A stretch of DNA of 64,000 nucleotides from a virus: positions 64,001 through 128,000 of IMG/VR virus record IMGVR_UViG_3300044630_006441, one strand, 5' to 3'. Of this stretch, positions 41,254 through 51,124 are shown piece after piece. The position numbers and the translations under genes were made by a program. Below the pieces are notes generated by a model. That model saw nothing but the letters and a program-made list of their open reading frames with translations, was not told where the DNA came from and did not search any database. Each line of letters begins with the position of its first letter. Position 1 is the first letter of the stretch.

Positions 41254-43175
41254 GTTGGGTTCCTCTCCATGTTCATTCGATGTACAGCCTTTTAGACTCA
41301 AACTCAAAACCAGATGCAATTGCTAGCAGATGTGAAAAGCTTGGCTACAAGTCTTGTGCGATCACAGACCATGGCACGCTTTCTGGTGTCGCCGCCTTCT
41401 CCAAAGCTCTCCGCAAGCGTGGCATCAAGCCTATCCTTGGTTCTGAGTTTTATCTGTGCTCCGGCCCCGCCCATGACAAACGCCAGGAAAACGGATCACT
41501 ATCCCATCTTTGCGTTCTAGCTAAAGGCGAGGAGGGGTGGAAAAGACTCATCCAGGCATCCAGCGCATCCAACGATCCCAACCACTTCTACAGGAAACCG
41601 CGACTGGATCTCGACCTGTTGGGAAAACACGCCGACGGCAAACTGATCGTGTTCTCCGGCCATCCCGGCAGCGACCTCTGCAATGCCCTGTTTGAGAATC
41701 CCAAGGCTGCATACGGTTGCCAGACATATGACCAGGCAAGGGCCATGGTGCCTGCCGATTGGGAAAAGCGGCTGCTCAAGATCACGAATCGCTACAAGGA
41801 TCTTTTCGGGGCAGAGAATTTCTGGATTGAGATTCAGGCCGTTGACCAGGAGAACCTACCGGCTGCTGCTGTCGCCGTCAAAGGCCTCAGGCATTTTGCC
41901 AAAAAATACGGCATCAAGACCCTGGGGACTCCCGATGCGCATTATCCGGCAAGTGAGGATGCGGCGGATCAACGAGTTCTGTTATGTTCTGCCATGCAAA
42001 CGACTCTGCCGACCATCCATTCAGCCCTAGCCAAACAGGAGGATGTCTCCCTTGGGGGATTTTTCCGTTCCAATCGCTATTGCATTCCCGACTTCGACGA
42101 AGTGAAGGGATTACACACTCCGGCTGAGATCGAGGCGTCTCTTGAAATCAGCGATCTTTGCGGCGACTACGACATTTTGTCGAAGCCATATCTGCCGGAG
42201 TTCGCCTGTCCCAACGGCATGAATGCGGATGAATATGTTCGACATCTTTGCCGCGAGGGCTGGAAGCGTAAGCTGAAACATGCGACCGCTGGGACCGATG
42301 AGTACACGGCATATGGCGACCGGGTCAAGAAAGAGCTGGGCGTTATCACCGAGGCAGGCCTGTCGGCCTACTTCCTGATCGTGTCGGAATACTGCGAATG
42401 GGCCAGGAGCCAGGGCTGGTTGGTCGGCAAGGGGCGCGGTTCGGGTGCTGGATGTTTGGTCAGTTACCTGCTGGGAATCACCAATGTCGACCCCGTCAAA
42501 TACAGTCTGCTGTTTGAGCGTTTTTACAATGCGGGCCGTAATCAGCCAGGTCGCGTGAGCTTGCCGGATATCGACTGTGATTTTCCCATCTCTCACCGTG
42601 ACGAGGTCGTACAACATATGCGTGACCGCTACGGTGATGACCGCGTGGCGCAGATGGTAACCTTTTCCAGATTGCAGGGTCGCGCAGCCATCAAGGACGT
42701 TTTGCGGGCACACGAAAAAGGCACTTTTGATGAAATCAATAAGATCACAGACCATATTCCTGATGAGGCTGCCATTTCTGACGAGCTTCAGGAAATGCGG
42801 GAGGAGACCGGCGAAGCTTCCATTTTGATGTGGGCCTTGGAAAACAACCCGAAGGAGTTAGCGCCTTGGTGTCGCATTGCGGACGATGGTCAACTTGAGG
42901 GGCCTCTGGCTGTTGAGTTTGCCCAGGCTATCCGTCTTGAAGGAACCAAGCGAAATCAATCAAAACATGCTGCCGGTGTGGTGATTGCGCCTAGATCGTT
43001 GGCCGATTGCTGCCCTATGGTATTTGACAAGTCTACTAACCGTCGCATTTGCGGTGTGGAGATGTCGGACCTTGAAGCTATGGGCTTCGTAAAGTTCGAC
43101 ATCTTGGGGGTTGCGGCTCTCGACAAAATGCAAGGGGCTATTTCTTTGTTGAAGGGGGGACCTGTCCGTGTTTGA
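41250..43175 (+). CDS. dnaE: DNA polymerase III alpha subunit, N-terminal part (PHP plus palm/thumb)
   Basis: LHVHSMYSLLD, ITDHG, GRGSGAG.LV.Y.LGIT.VDP, LLFERF.N..R, PDIDCD, HAAGVVI, KFDILG. Confidence 0.93.
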   Translation: MSWVPLHVHSMYSLLDSNSKPDAIASRCEKLGYKSCAITDHGTLSGVAAFSKALRKRGIKPILGSEFYLCSGPAHDKRQENGSLSHLCVLAKGEEGWKRLIQASSASNDPNHFYRKPRLDLDLLGKHADGKLIVFSGHPGSDLCNALFENPKAAYGCQTYDQARAMVPADWEKRLLKITNRYKDLFGAENFWIEIQAVDQENLPAAAVAVKGLRHFAKKYGIKTLGTPDAHYPASEDAADQRVLLCSAMQTTLPTIHSALAKQEDVSLGGFFRSNRYCIPDFDEVKGLHTPAEIEASLEISDLCGDYDILSKPYLPEFACPNGMNADEYVRHLCREGWKRKLKHATAGTDEYTAYGDRVKKELGVITEAGLSAYFLIVSEYCEWARSQGWLVGKGRGSGAGCLVSYLLGITNVDPVKYSLLFERFYNAGRNQPGRVSLPDIDCDFPISHRDEVVQHMRDRYGDDRVAQMVTFSRLQGRAAIKDVLRAHEKGTFDEINKITDHIPDEAAISDELQEMREETGEASILMWALENNPKELAPWCRIADDGQLEGPLAVEFAQAIRLEGTKRNQSKHAAGVVIAPRSLADCCPMVFDKSTNRRICGVEMSDLEAMGFVKFDILGVAALDKMQGAISLLKGGPVRV

Positions 43176-43446
43176 AGAAGACTGCGAAGAAATGGACCTT
43201 TCCAAGCGCATGGTCGCACACAACCTGGCTTTGCTCGACGCGCTTGCTGAGGCTTCCGAAGCCAAAAAGCGTATGGCCGAAGAGATGGGAAGTGTCATCA
43301 AAGCCATCCTGATCAAGTTCGGTGGCGAGATCACCCTTGACGGGATGTTCATCGCCGCCGCCGAGTCTCCCACCTGTGTCTTGAACCATGAGGTTTCCGA
43401 CAACGGCGAAACGCTTCGTTTTTGGGTCGAGGAGTCAGAGGAATGA
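43168..43446 (+). CDS. hypothetical protein
   Basis: Coupled ORF between the dnaE halves. Confidence 0.65.
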   Translation: MFEEDCEEMDLSKRMVAHNLALLDALAEASEAKKRMAEEMGSVIKAILIKFGGEITLDGMFIAAAESPTCVLNHEVSDNGETLRFWVEESEE

Positions 43447-44099
43447 CCAACAACATCATCATCTGTTTTGACTTTGAGACCGGCGGGCTGGATATCAAGA
43501 CCACCGAGCCGATCGAGATTGCTGCGGTAGCCATCAATCCCCGCACGCTTTCGGTTGTGCCGGACGGTACCTTCTACAGTCTGTGCAAGCCGACTGACTT
43601 TTCGCTGTTGCAGGATCAGGCCCTGGCCGTCAACGGCAAGACGCGTGACCAGCTCAAGCAGGCACCCGAACAGGAAGCCGTTTGGAGAAGCTTTGCCAGC
43701 TTCATCAAGCGGTTCAATCCCAAGGGGAATGGGTTCACCACGGCACCCATCGCTGCTGGCAAAAACATTCGCATGTTTGATTTGCCAATCTTCAATCGGT
43801 TGTGCGTCAAGTATGGATTTGCCGACAAGAACGGGGATCAAAACCTGTTCCATCGTCGGAAGGTCTATGACTTGGAGGACATCCTCGAGTACTGGTTCCA
43901 CGACAGCGATGAACTGCCGGATCGCAAGATGGACACATTGCGTGGGTACTTCGGTCTGTCGAGAGACGGTGCCCACTCAGCCATGGTTGACACCAAGCAG
44001 ACGGCTGAGTTGATCGTGCGGTTCCTGAAAGTGCATCGTTACTACGCCTCCAAGATTCCTTTCCGTGGTGCATGTGCCAAGAACATGGTGATTGTTTGA
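43443..44099 (+). CDS. DEDDh 3'-5' exonuclease (DnaQ/epsilon-like)
   Basis: FDFETGGL, EIAA, N..FD, HSAMVD. Confidence 0.9.
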   Translation: MTNNIIICFDFETGGLDIKTTEPIEIAAVAINPRTLSVVPDGTFYSLCKPTDFSLLQDQALAVNGKTRDQLKQAPEQEAVWRSFASFIKRFNPKGNGFTTAPIAAGKNIRMFDLPIFNRLCVKYGFADKNGDQNLFHRRKVYDLEDILEYWFHDSDELPDRKMDTLRGYFGLSRDGAHSAMVDTKQTAELIVRFLKVHRYYASKIPFRGACAKNMVIV

Positions 44100-45730
44100 T
44101 GGCTGAATACTTCATGCCCTGTGGTTGCTCCTGGCCGATAGCCGGAGACCCGCCCCGCAAAGGTGCCTTGCCGCTCCTCGATGTTGATGTTTCTAATCTG
44201 CCGGATTGTCATCTGGCTTGGGATATCATGTCGGTCGGCAATACCAAGGGCGTGTTCCAGCTTGAGAGCAGGCTGGGGGCGACCTGGGCAAAGAAGTTGA
44301 AGCCGAAGAACAACGAGCACCTTTCAGCCCTGGGCGCCCTGCTGCGCCCTGGCTGTCTGGCCGCTAAAGATGAACACGGCGTTTCCCTGACGGAACACTA
44401 CTGCCGTCGCGTCAACAAGGAAGAGCCTGCTGACTCCTTCGACCCTGCGCTTGACGATATCCTCGGCCCCACCGAGCAGATCCTCGTCTACCAGGAACAG
44501 TCCATGCAGATCGGTGCCAAGCTGGCCGGGTTCGATCTCAAGGAAGTGGATCGTCTGCGTAAGGCCATCGGCAAGAAAGACCAGAAGGAGATGGCTGAGG
44601 TCAAGAAGCTGTTCCTTCAAGGGGCGGAGAAGATCAAGGTCGTCTCCATGGAGACAGCGGAGACCATCTGGGGGTGGATTGAGAAGAGCGGACGGTATCA
44701 ATTCAACAAGTCTCATAGCATGAGCTACGGGCTGACGGGCTACGACACGGCTTACCTGAAGTCTCATTTCCCCGTGCAGTTTTATACCTCGTGGCTGGCT
44801 TTCGCCGAAGACAAGGTTGATCCCGACCAGGAGGTCATGGAGCTGGTTGAGGACGCACGCAGGGCGGGCATCCTGGTTCTGCCACCCGATGTCCGTGACC
44901 AGAAAATGGTCTTCTGGACAGACGGTCTCGATATCCACTTTGGCCTGAGCAACATCAAGGGGCTTGGCCAATCCAACCTCCACAAATTGTTCGAGGTGAT
45001 CCAGAAGGCAGAGAGTGAATTGGGCAAGAAGTCCAAGGATTTCAGTTGGATGGAATGGCTTGTCCATGTCGCCTCCGAAATTCCCTCCGTCAACCACAAG
45101 TTGATCATGGCTGGTGCGCTGGACTGGGCAGGCATCAAGCGTCAGCGCATGTTGGCCGAAGTTGATGTCGTCGCCTCGCTCACCAAGAAAGAACAACAAT
45201 GGATTCTGAATAATTGCGTCGGGGCCGAAGGCTTGATCGACATCCTGCGCAGGCTGGCCAAACCCAAGAAGGAAGGTGGCGGGGTGGCCAATGTCAAGCG
45301 CGGTTCGCTGGTGAACGGCCAGGCTACGCTGCTTGAGAATCCGCCGACCCCGCTGAGTGATCATCCGGCTTGGATGGCGTGGGCCGAGGAGCAGGTGTTC
45401 GGTTTCGCCCTGACCTGTTCTCGTGTCGACGGCTGTGATCTGGGCGATGCCAATACGACCTGTGGCGAATTCCTGGCGGGCAAGACGGGATTCCTCCTGC
45501 TTGGCGTCGAGGTGCGTGGCGTCAGGTCTTTCAAGACAAAGAAAGGAACCATGATGGCTTTCCTTTCTATATCGGATTCGTCCGGAATGCTGGACGATGT
45601 GGTGTGTTTCTCTGAGCCTTGGGAGGAGTTCAAACACCTCCTGACTGAGGGCAACACTATTTTGGTGCAGGGCGAACGAGATCCTAAAAAAGGCTCGTTG
45701 GTTGTGCGCAAGGTTTTTCAGATGTCATGA
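44099..45730 (+). CDS. dnaE: DNA polymerase III alpha subunit, C-terminal part (fingers, HhH, OB)
   Basis: G.T.GVFQLES, AL.RPG, VYQEQ.MQ, LRKAIGKK, Y.FNKSH, FGLS.IKGLG, GTMMAFL...D. Confidence 0.93.
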   Translation: MAEYFMPCGCSWPIAGDPPRKGALPLLDVDVSNLPDCHLAWDIMSVGNTKGVFQLESRLGATWAKKLKPKNNEHLSALGALLRPGCLAAKDEHGVSLTEHYCRRVNKEEPADSFDPALDDILGPTEQILVYQEQSMQIGAKLAGFDLKEVDRLRKAIGKKDQKEMAEVKKLFLQGAEKIKVVSMETAETIWGWIEKSGRYQFNKSHSMSYGLTGYDTAYLKSHFPVQFYTSWLAFAEDKVDPDQEVMELVEDARRAGILVLPPDVRDQKMVFWTDGLDIHFGLSNIKGLGQSNLHKLFEVIQKAESELGKKSKDFSWMEWLVHVASEIPSVNHKLIMAGALDWAGIKRQRMLAEVDVVASLTKKEQQWILNNCVGAEGLIDILRRLAKPKKEGGGVANVKRGSLVNGQATLLENPPTPLSDHPAWMAWAEEQVFGFALTCSRVDGCDLGDANTTCGEFLAGKTGFLLLGVEVRGVRSFKTKKGTMMAFLSISDSSGMLDDVVCFSEPWEEFKHLLTEGNTILVQGERDPKKGSLVVRKVFQMS

Positions 45731-45738
45731 GGTGAATT

Positions 45739-46158
45739 GTGAACAGTTGTGTTTTCATTGGGAATTTTGTGCGTGACCCCGAAGTTCAACAAGTCGGGGC
45801 CGAGCACCGAGTGGCAAAGTTCGCTATTGCCGTCAATGGCGGTCGCAAGAACCGCAACGGCGAAGAAGAGGTTGCTTTCATTGAGTGCGAAGCCTGGGAC
45901 AAGTCTGCTGACACGATCAGCAAGTACATGAAAAAAGGCTCTAAGATCGCCATCCAAGCGACCGCCCGCACCGAAACCTGGACCGACAAGTCGAGCGGCA
46001 GCAAGAGGTCGACCTTGAAGTTCCGTGTCAACAACTTCACCTTCCTCGGGGTTAAGACTGGCGAGGCCCGTCCTGGCAAGCCGGTGGCCGCTGGTGTCGC
46101 TGCCGACGACGAGGACACGGGCTTCAGCGGTAACGATGGTGAAGAAATCCCCTTCTGA
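45739..46158 (+). CDS. ssb: single-stranded DNA-binding protein
   Basis: N....IGN..RDPE, F.IAVN, FI.CEAW, KKGS, acidic tail EEIPF. Confidence 0.95.
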   Translation: MNSCVFIGNFVRDPEVQQVGAEHRVAKFAIAVNGGRKNRNGEEEVAFIECEAWDKSADTISKYMKKGSKIAIQATARTETWTDKSSGSKRSTLKFRVNNFTFLGVKTGEARPGKPVAAGVAADDEDTGFSGNDGEEIPF

Positions 46159-46166
46159 GAAAAGTA

Positions 46167-47768
46167 ATGGCACGCATCCTTCTGGTTGGTGAGGCGACTT
46201 GGTTGCAGACTGGCTACGCCACTTATGCGGCTCAGATAGCCCGTAAGCTCCAGGCAGCCGGTCACGAGATCGGGGAGTTGGCCTGCTACGGCAGTCCGAA
46301 AGACTCGCGGCGTGGCGAAAGCCCGTGGCCCGCTTTCTTTGTGACCACCAATGCGGACAACTATCCGCCATTGGCCATCAACCAGTCGAATCCGGCCCTG
46401 GGTTCCACGGTGTTTGAGGAAACCGTCCTGCGTTTTCAGCCGGATGTCGTCATCTCGCTGCGGGACCCCTGGCAGGATTCGTTCATCGCCTACTCGCCCC
46501 TGCGTCACTATTACCGCTGGGTGTTCATGCACCCGGTCGATGGTGAACCGCAGGATGACGAGTGGATTTCTGTTCTCAACCAGACGGATGCGGTGCTGGC
46601 TTACTCGGAGTACGGACTGAATGTTTTACGGAAGTATCCCGGCCTGAATGTGGCCGGGGTTGCTTCCCCAGGTGCCGAACCAGATGTGTTCTACCCGCAC
46701 GATCAGAAAGAGTCCCGCGAGGCCCTAAATATCCCCAAGGACGCCCTCGTCATTGGGACGGTCATGCGCAACCAGGGGCGCAAACTTTACCCTGATCTTT
46801 TTGAAAGTTTCAGGAAGCTTTTAGACACCGCCCCATCCCACATAGCCAGCCGACTCTACCTGTATTGTCACACTTCGTGGCCTGATGTTGGCTGGGATTT
46901 GCCCAAATACTTGATCAAACATGGGATCGGCCACAGAACTCTGTTTACTTTCGCCTGCAAGAGCTGTGATCGGGCTTGTGCGTCCCTTTGGCAGCTTCCC
47001 GCCGGGTACTGCCCCTTCTGCACGAGTGGTGACTTAATCACCCCCACCGTATCGTCTGGGCTGCCTCGATCGTTTATGCGCCCGGTGTATTCATCGATGG
47101 ATATATTCGTGCAATACTCGGTGTGCGAGGGATTCGGAATGCCACAGGTTGAAGCAGCCTGTTGTGGTGTCCCGGTGACCTCGGTCGACTTCACCGCCAT
47201 GTCATCTGTGGCCTCCGCAATCGGGGCCGAAACCATCCCAGTACAGCGAACTTTCCCGGAACTGGAGACAGGCCGTGGATTGGCGTTGCCAGACAATGAC
47301 GCTCTGGTCTCCTACCTGACCAGCTTCTTCTTGTTGCCGCCAGCCGCCCGCAGGGCTATAGGCAGTAAACATAAGAATATGGCTACTGCTACATTCAGCT
47401 ATGACAAAGCTGCATACGCATGGTTAAAAACTATAGATAGCTTACACAAGCCAGCAAAAAGCTATCAGGATAGTAAAAGAGTATTGCCAAGTCTAGTTAG
47501 GCCAGATGATTATCTATCAAATAAAGAATGGGTCGACAAGGCTTTCTCTTCGGCTCTTGGCATCTCTGCCGCACAGGCTGGCTATATCGCCCAGCGAATG
47601 ACCCGCGATCTTTCTCGTGGGTACTGCGACACGACTTTTGTTCCCTCCCAATACACAAGCTTTGGCCCCGGCGGGAAGCTTGGGGCTTTTACTCGTGACC
47701 ATGCGTGGGCGCAGCTTTGCGGTGAGCGCGAGAGGATAGAGTTCTGGGAGGCCCAAAGAACATCATGA
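46167..47768 (+). CDS. glycosyltransferase family 4 with inserted CxxC..CxxC
   Basis: TGYA, GTVMRNQGRK, EGFGMPQVEA. Confidence 0.9.
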   Translation: MARILLVGEATWLQTGYATYAAQIARKLQAAGHEIGELACYGSPKDSRRGESPWPAFFVTTNADNYPPLAINQSNPALGSTVFEETVLRFQPDVVISLRDPWQDSFIAYSPLRHYYRWVFMHPVDGEPQDDEWISVLNQTDAVLAYSEYGLNVLRKYPGLNVAGVASPGAEPDVFYPHDQKESREALNIPKDALVIGTVMRNQGRKLYPDLFESFRKLLDTAPSHIASRLYLYCHTSWPDVGWDLPKYLIKHGIGHRTLFTFACKSCDRACASLWQLPAGYCPFCTSGDLITPTVSSGLPRSFMRPVYSSMDIFVQYSVCEGFGMPQVEAACCGVPVTSVDFTAMSSVASAIGAETIPVQRTFPELETGRGLALPDNDALVSYLTSFFLLPPAARRAIGSKHKNMATATFSYDKAAYAWLKTIDSLHKPAKSYQDSKRVLPSLVRPDDYLSNKEWVDKAFSSALGISAAQAGYIAQRMTRDLSRGYCDTTFVPSQYTSFGPGGKLGAFTRDHAWAQLCGERERIEFWEAQRTS

Positions 47769-48901
47769 ACGACATTCTCTACATCGGTAATTTCCACGAC
47801 GGTACCGGCTACTCCAGGGCTTGCTGTGAAACCGCCATCGGTCTGGAAGAGGCTGGTGCCCGGGTTGTCTGTCGACCCATCACATTCAACGGCGGTCGTC
47901 AGCCATGCCCAGAAAAAATCTACGAGCTAGAGGATAGGGCGACTCCGGCCAGGTTCGATGCGGTCATCCAGCACACCCTGCCACCGATCATGAAAATGGA
48001 TCGTCGGCTCGGATTGAACATCGCCAATTTTTATTACGAGGCCAGCAGGTTCAACAGTGCCGGTTGGGATTTGCGCCTCAACATGATGGATGTGGTGGTC
48101 ACCACGCCCGGTATCTCGACGGTCGCCTGCTCCAACAGCCGGGTCAAGAAGCCGGTCGTCAGCCTGCCCCTGCCGAGCGATCCCCATCGCTACCTGAAAA
48201 AATATCCCGTGCCCGATTGCATCAAAGGGTACGTCAACGAGAAGAAGTTCATCTTCTACACGATCAGCGAGAATGTCCGTCGCAAGAATCTGGGCGGGCT
48301 GATCAAGTCTTACTACAGCGAATTCCTGCCGACTGAAAATGTTGTCCTCGTCATCAAGACCAATGGTGACCCGCAGCGTGTTCAGACAATGATGCGGGAA
48401 ATCGGCCAGGGCATGAAGCTGAGCTATCTGCCTGAGATTGTTGTGATCACGGAAAGATTGAGCGAGGACCAGTTGATGGGCCTGCACGCTCATGGAACAT
48501 GTTTTGTCCAAGCCTCCTGCGGTGAAGCGTGGTCTTATCCGGCTTTTGACGCAATGGCGATGGGGAAGACGCCGGTTGTCCCGGACACCGGAACCTATCG
48601 CTCTTACATGTCGGACGACACCGGCTATCTTGTGTCCACCTACGACGAGCCTTGCTCCGGCGGGCAGGACGAGTCGGTCGAGCTTTATCGCGGCGACGAA
48701 TACTGGGAGGTTCCTTTTACCAATGAACTGTCCCAGATGATGAGAAGGGCTTACAGGGAGGACGACCTGCGCCAAGCGAAAGCCGCGCTGGGTCTGGATG
48801 TGGCGTACCAATTCACCCCCCTGAAGGTCGGTGAGACCTTCCTGGAGGCTCTTAGCCATGCGACGCAAAAACAAGCTGTGGACGGATTTGTTGGAAGATG
48901 A
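47765..48901 (+). CDS. glycosyltransferase family 4
   Basis: GTGYS, FYTISE...RKNL..LI, S.GEAW..PAFDAM.MGK. Confidence 0.88.
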   Translation: MNDILYIGNFHDGTGYSRACCETAIGLEEAGARVVCRPITFNGGRQPCPEKIYELEDRATPARFDAVIQHTLPPIMKMDRRLGLNIANFYYEASRFNSAGWDLRLNMMDVVVTTPGISTVACSNSRVKKPVVSLPLPSDPHRYLKKYPVPDCIKGYVNEKKFIFYTISENVRRKNLGGLIKSYYSEFLPTENVVLVIKTNGDPQRVQTMMREIGQGMKLSYLPEIVVITERLSEDQLMGLHAHGTCFVQASCGEAWSYPAFDAMAMGKTPVVPDTGTYRSYMSDDTGYLVSTYDEPCSGGQDESVELYRGDEYWEVPFTNELSQMMRRAYREDDLRQAKAALGLDVAYQFTPLKVGETFLEALSHATQKQAVDGFVGR

Positions 48902-49601
48902 TAAGGAGCCAGAACTCATTCCGTGGCAACAACTTAGGGATGCTGATGTCGAAAAAAGGTTTGATGTTAAGAAGCCTGTTAAGAAGATCAAGGCAAGGAC
49001 GCCCAACCAGCAGAACTATATCAACAACATTGAGGCCTGCACGCTGACGATCTGCACCGGACCAGCTGGTTGTGGAAAGACTTATATCCCCTGCGGTTTG
49101 GCCGCAAACTGGTTGCACGAGAACAAGATTGAAAAAGTTATCCTGACCCGTCCGATTGTGGAGTGTGGACAAAGGCTGGGCGCCCTGCCTGGCACGCTGG
49201 GGGAAAAGACCGATCCCTACATGGCCCCCATGTTCGATGCTTTTGGTGACTTCCTCGACCCGGGTTTCCTGAAGCATTGCCGCAATAAAGAGACCATCGA
49301 GGTTGTGCCGTTGGAAACCATGCGCGGGCGCACTTTCCACAACGCCGTGATCATCCTCGACGAAGCCCAGAATGTGACCCGTCGACAGATGAAGATGTTC
49401 CTCACTCGCTTTGGCGAAAACTCCAAGGTTATCGTCTGTGGCGACGTAACCCAGACAGACTTGCCGCACTCCGAGGGCAACCCCCTCATCTGGGTGTGGG
49501 ACAGGCTGGGTCATTCCGACATCGCCAAGGTCACCCTGGGGCCTGAGGATGTCCAGCGTCACGGCCTGATCCGCCACATCCTTGAGCGTTTGGGAGACTA
49601 A
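48858..49601 (+). CDS. phoH: PhoH-family ATPase
   Basis: GPAGCGKTY, LTRP.VE, LG.LPG.L.EK.DPY, MRGRTF, ILDEAQN, GD..QTDL, RH. Confidence 0.95.
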   Translation: MRRKNKLWTDLLEDDKEPELIPWQQLRDADVEKRFDVKKPVKKIKARTPNQQNYINNIEACTLTICTGPAGCGKTYIPCGLAANWLHENKIEKVILTRPIVECGQRLGALPGTLGEKTDPYMAPMFDAFGDFLDPGFLKHCRNKETIEVVPLETMRGRTFHNAVIILDEAQNVTRRQMKMFLTRFGENSKVIVCGDVTQTDLPHSEGNPLIWVWDRLGHSDIAKVTLGPEDVQRHGLIRHILERLGD

Positions 49602-49667
49602 ACCCCAGTCGGCGTGGGTAGGATCGTTAGCGGCGACCATTGCGGTTTCCAAAGACGGATCTTATCC

Positions 49668-50678
49668 ATGCCGAATATTTCCAGCATTCTGAACTCAGCC
49701 GCAGGAAAGACTGACAGGATTAATGTCCTGACTTTCACCACCCACGAGCGGTATCAGAGCGCCTGGACAAACGTCGAAGCCAATTTTTTCCTGTGGAACG
49801 ACGAGAACGCCAAGCCTTGGGTGCATAAGTATGCTCCCATGCCTAAAAACCACATCCTGCTGCCCTTTCACCCGTCGACGCCAGCCATCCCGGTTGGTGT
49901 CGACATCCATCTCGTTATCACGCACCATCTTACCCAGTATGACCGGGCTTTACAGGCTGCGACTCACCTGAATGTCCCCCTGCTGCGCCTTGAGCATTGC
50001 CTGCCGGACGAAGACTGGTCTCCCGAGCGACGCAAGTTCTTCATGTCCAAGGGTGGGGATGTCAATGTCTTCATCACGCAGCACCAGTTGAGTTCCTGGG
50101 GCGGGAACGAAAACGATTCCGTCATCTACAACGCAATCGACACCGATCTTTTTGCTCCGGACAAAAGTGTTCAGCGGGAACCCGTCTGCCTGAGCGTGGT
50201 CAATGATTGGGTGAAGCGCGACAGCGTGTGCGGTTTCAGCTTCTGGAAGCTGGCCAGCAAGGATTTGCCCGTCAAGGTTCTGGGGGACACGCCAGGAGTT
50301 TCCAAAGCAGCCGCCAACGTGGAAGAGCTGGCAGCCGCCTACCGCAACTCTCTCCTTTTCCTCTGCACTGCCACCAACAGCTCCCTACCCACGACCGTCC
50401 TTGAGGCGATGTCCTCAGGCTGTTGTGTGGTCGCCTACCGAGCCACAGCCATTGAGGAAGCCATCGAGCATGGCGTGGACGGATTCCTGGTGGACAGCCC
50501 CGAACAGATGAATGCGATGGCCAAGAGGTTGTTGGCCAACCCGGCCTACTGCGAAGCGATTGGGAACAAGGCGAGGGAGAAAGCCCTTGGTCGCCACAAC
50601 TTGGATGTTTTTGTCGACAAGTGGAACCAGATACTGCGTCTGGCCGTGAATGCGCCGTGGTGGAGGAAACAATGGTAA
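49668..50678 (+). CDS. glycosyltransferase family 4
   Basis: THERYQ, N.IDTD.F.P, P...LEAMSSGC, IEHGVDGFL. Confidence 0.88.
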   Translation: MPNISSILNSAAGKTDRINVLTFTTHERYQSAWTNVEANFFLWNDENAKPWVHKYAPMPKNHILLPFHPSTPAIPVGVDIHLVITHHLTQYDRALQAATHLNVPLLRLEHCLPDEDWSPERRKFFMSKGGDVNVFITQHQLSSWGGNENDSVIYNAIDTDLFAPDKSVQREPVCLSVVNDWVKRDSVCGFSFWKLASKDLPVKVLGDTPGVSKAAANVEELAAAYRNSLLFLCTATNSSLPTTVLEAMSSGCCVVAYRATAIEEAIEHGVDGFLVDSPEQMNAMAKRLLANPAYCEAIGNKAREKALGRHNLDVFVDKWNQILRLAVNAPWWRKQW

Positions 50679-51124
50679 AGCTGCGCCTGAGTGTTGGCGA
50701 CTCCAGCGTGAGTCTGCCCGGTTTTGTTCAGATCGACCCGCTCAATCAGGATCGTCCAGGCAATCCAGCCGACCTGACCAAGTATGCGGAGGAAGGTGAG
50801 GCGGTTGAAATTGTAGCCGCTGATGTTCTTGACTACTACCCTTCCGAATATCGCTCCAAGCTCTTGGGGCATTGGATTTCCAGGCTGAGCCGGGGCGGGA
50901 TGATCCTTGTCGGGACCCGCGAAATCGTCGAAGTCTGTCGATATGTCATGCTGGGCGAAGCCGCCACTTTCGACAAACTCATCTTCGGCCCCATTGGCGG
51001 TCAACGCCGTCAAAGCGCCGGAACCCTGCCAGAACTTAAATCGATGCTTTCCCTGATGGGAACGACTCTGGTGCGTTCCTATGTAAAAGATTTCATGAGC
51101 TATGTGGAGGCCATTCGTGATTAG
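50672..51124 (+). CDS. methyltransferase-fold protein, degenerate
   Basis: L.L.VG.....PGFV.ID...DL......EI.A..VL.Y....W...L..GG. Confidence 0.6.
   Translation: MVKLRLSVGDSSVSLPGFVQIDPLNQDRPGNPADLTKYAEEGEAVEIVAADVLDYYPSEYRSKLLGHWISRLSRGGMILVGTREIVEVCRYVMLGEAATFDKLIFGPIGGQRRQSAGTLPELKSMLSLMGTTLVRSYVKDFMSYVEAIRD

Noticed and set aside
43100-44200. Split intein or intron joining the dnaE halves
   Set aside because: No N-intein (C/S start) or C-intein (HN-C/S/T) motifs at the ends; the gap is fully occupied by coupled ORFs
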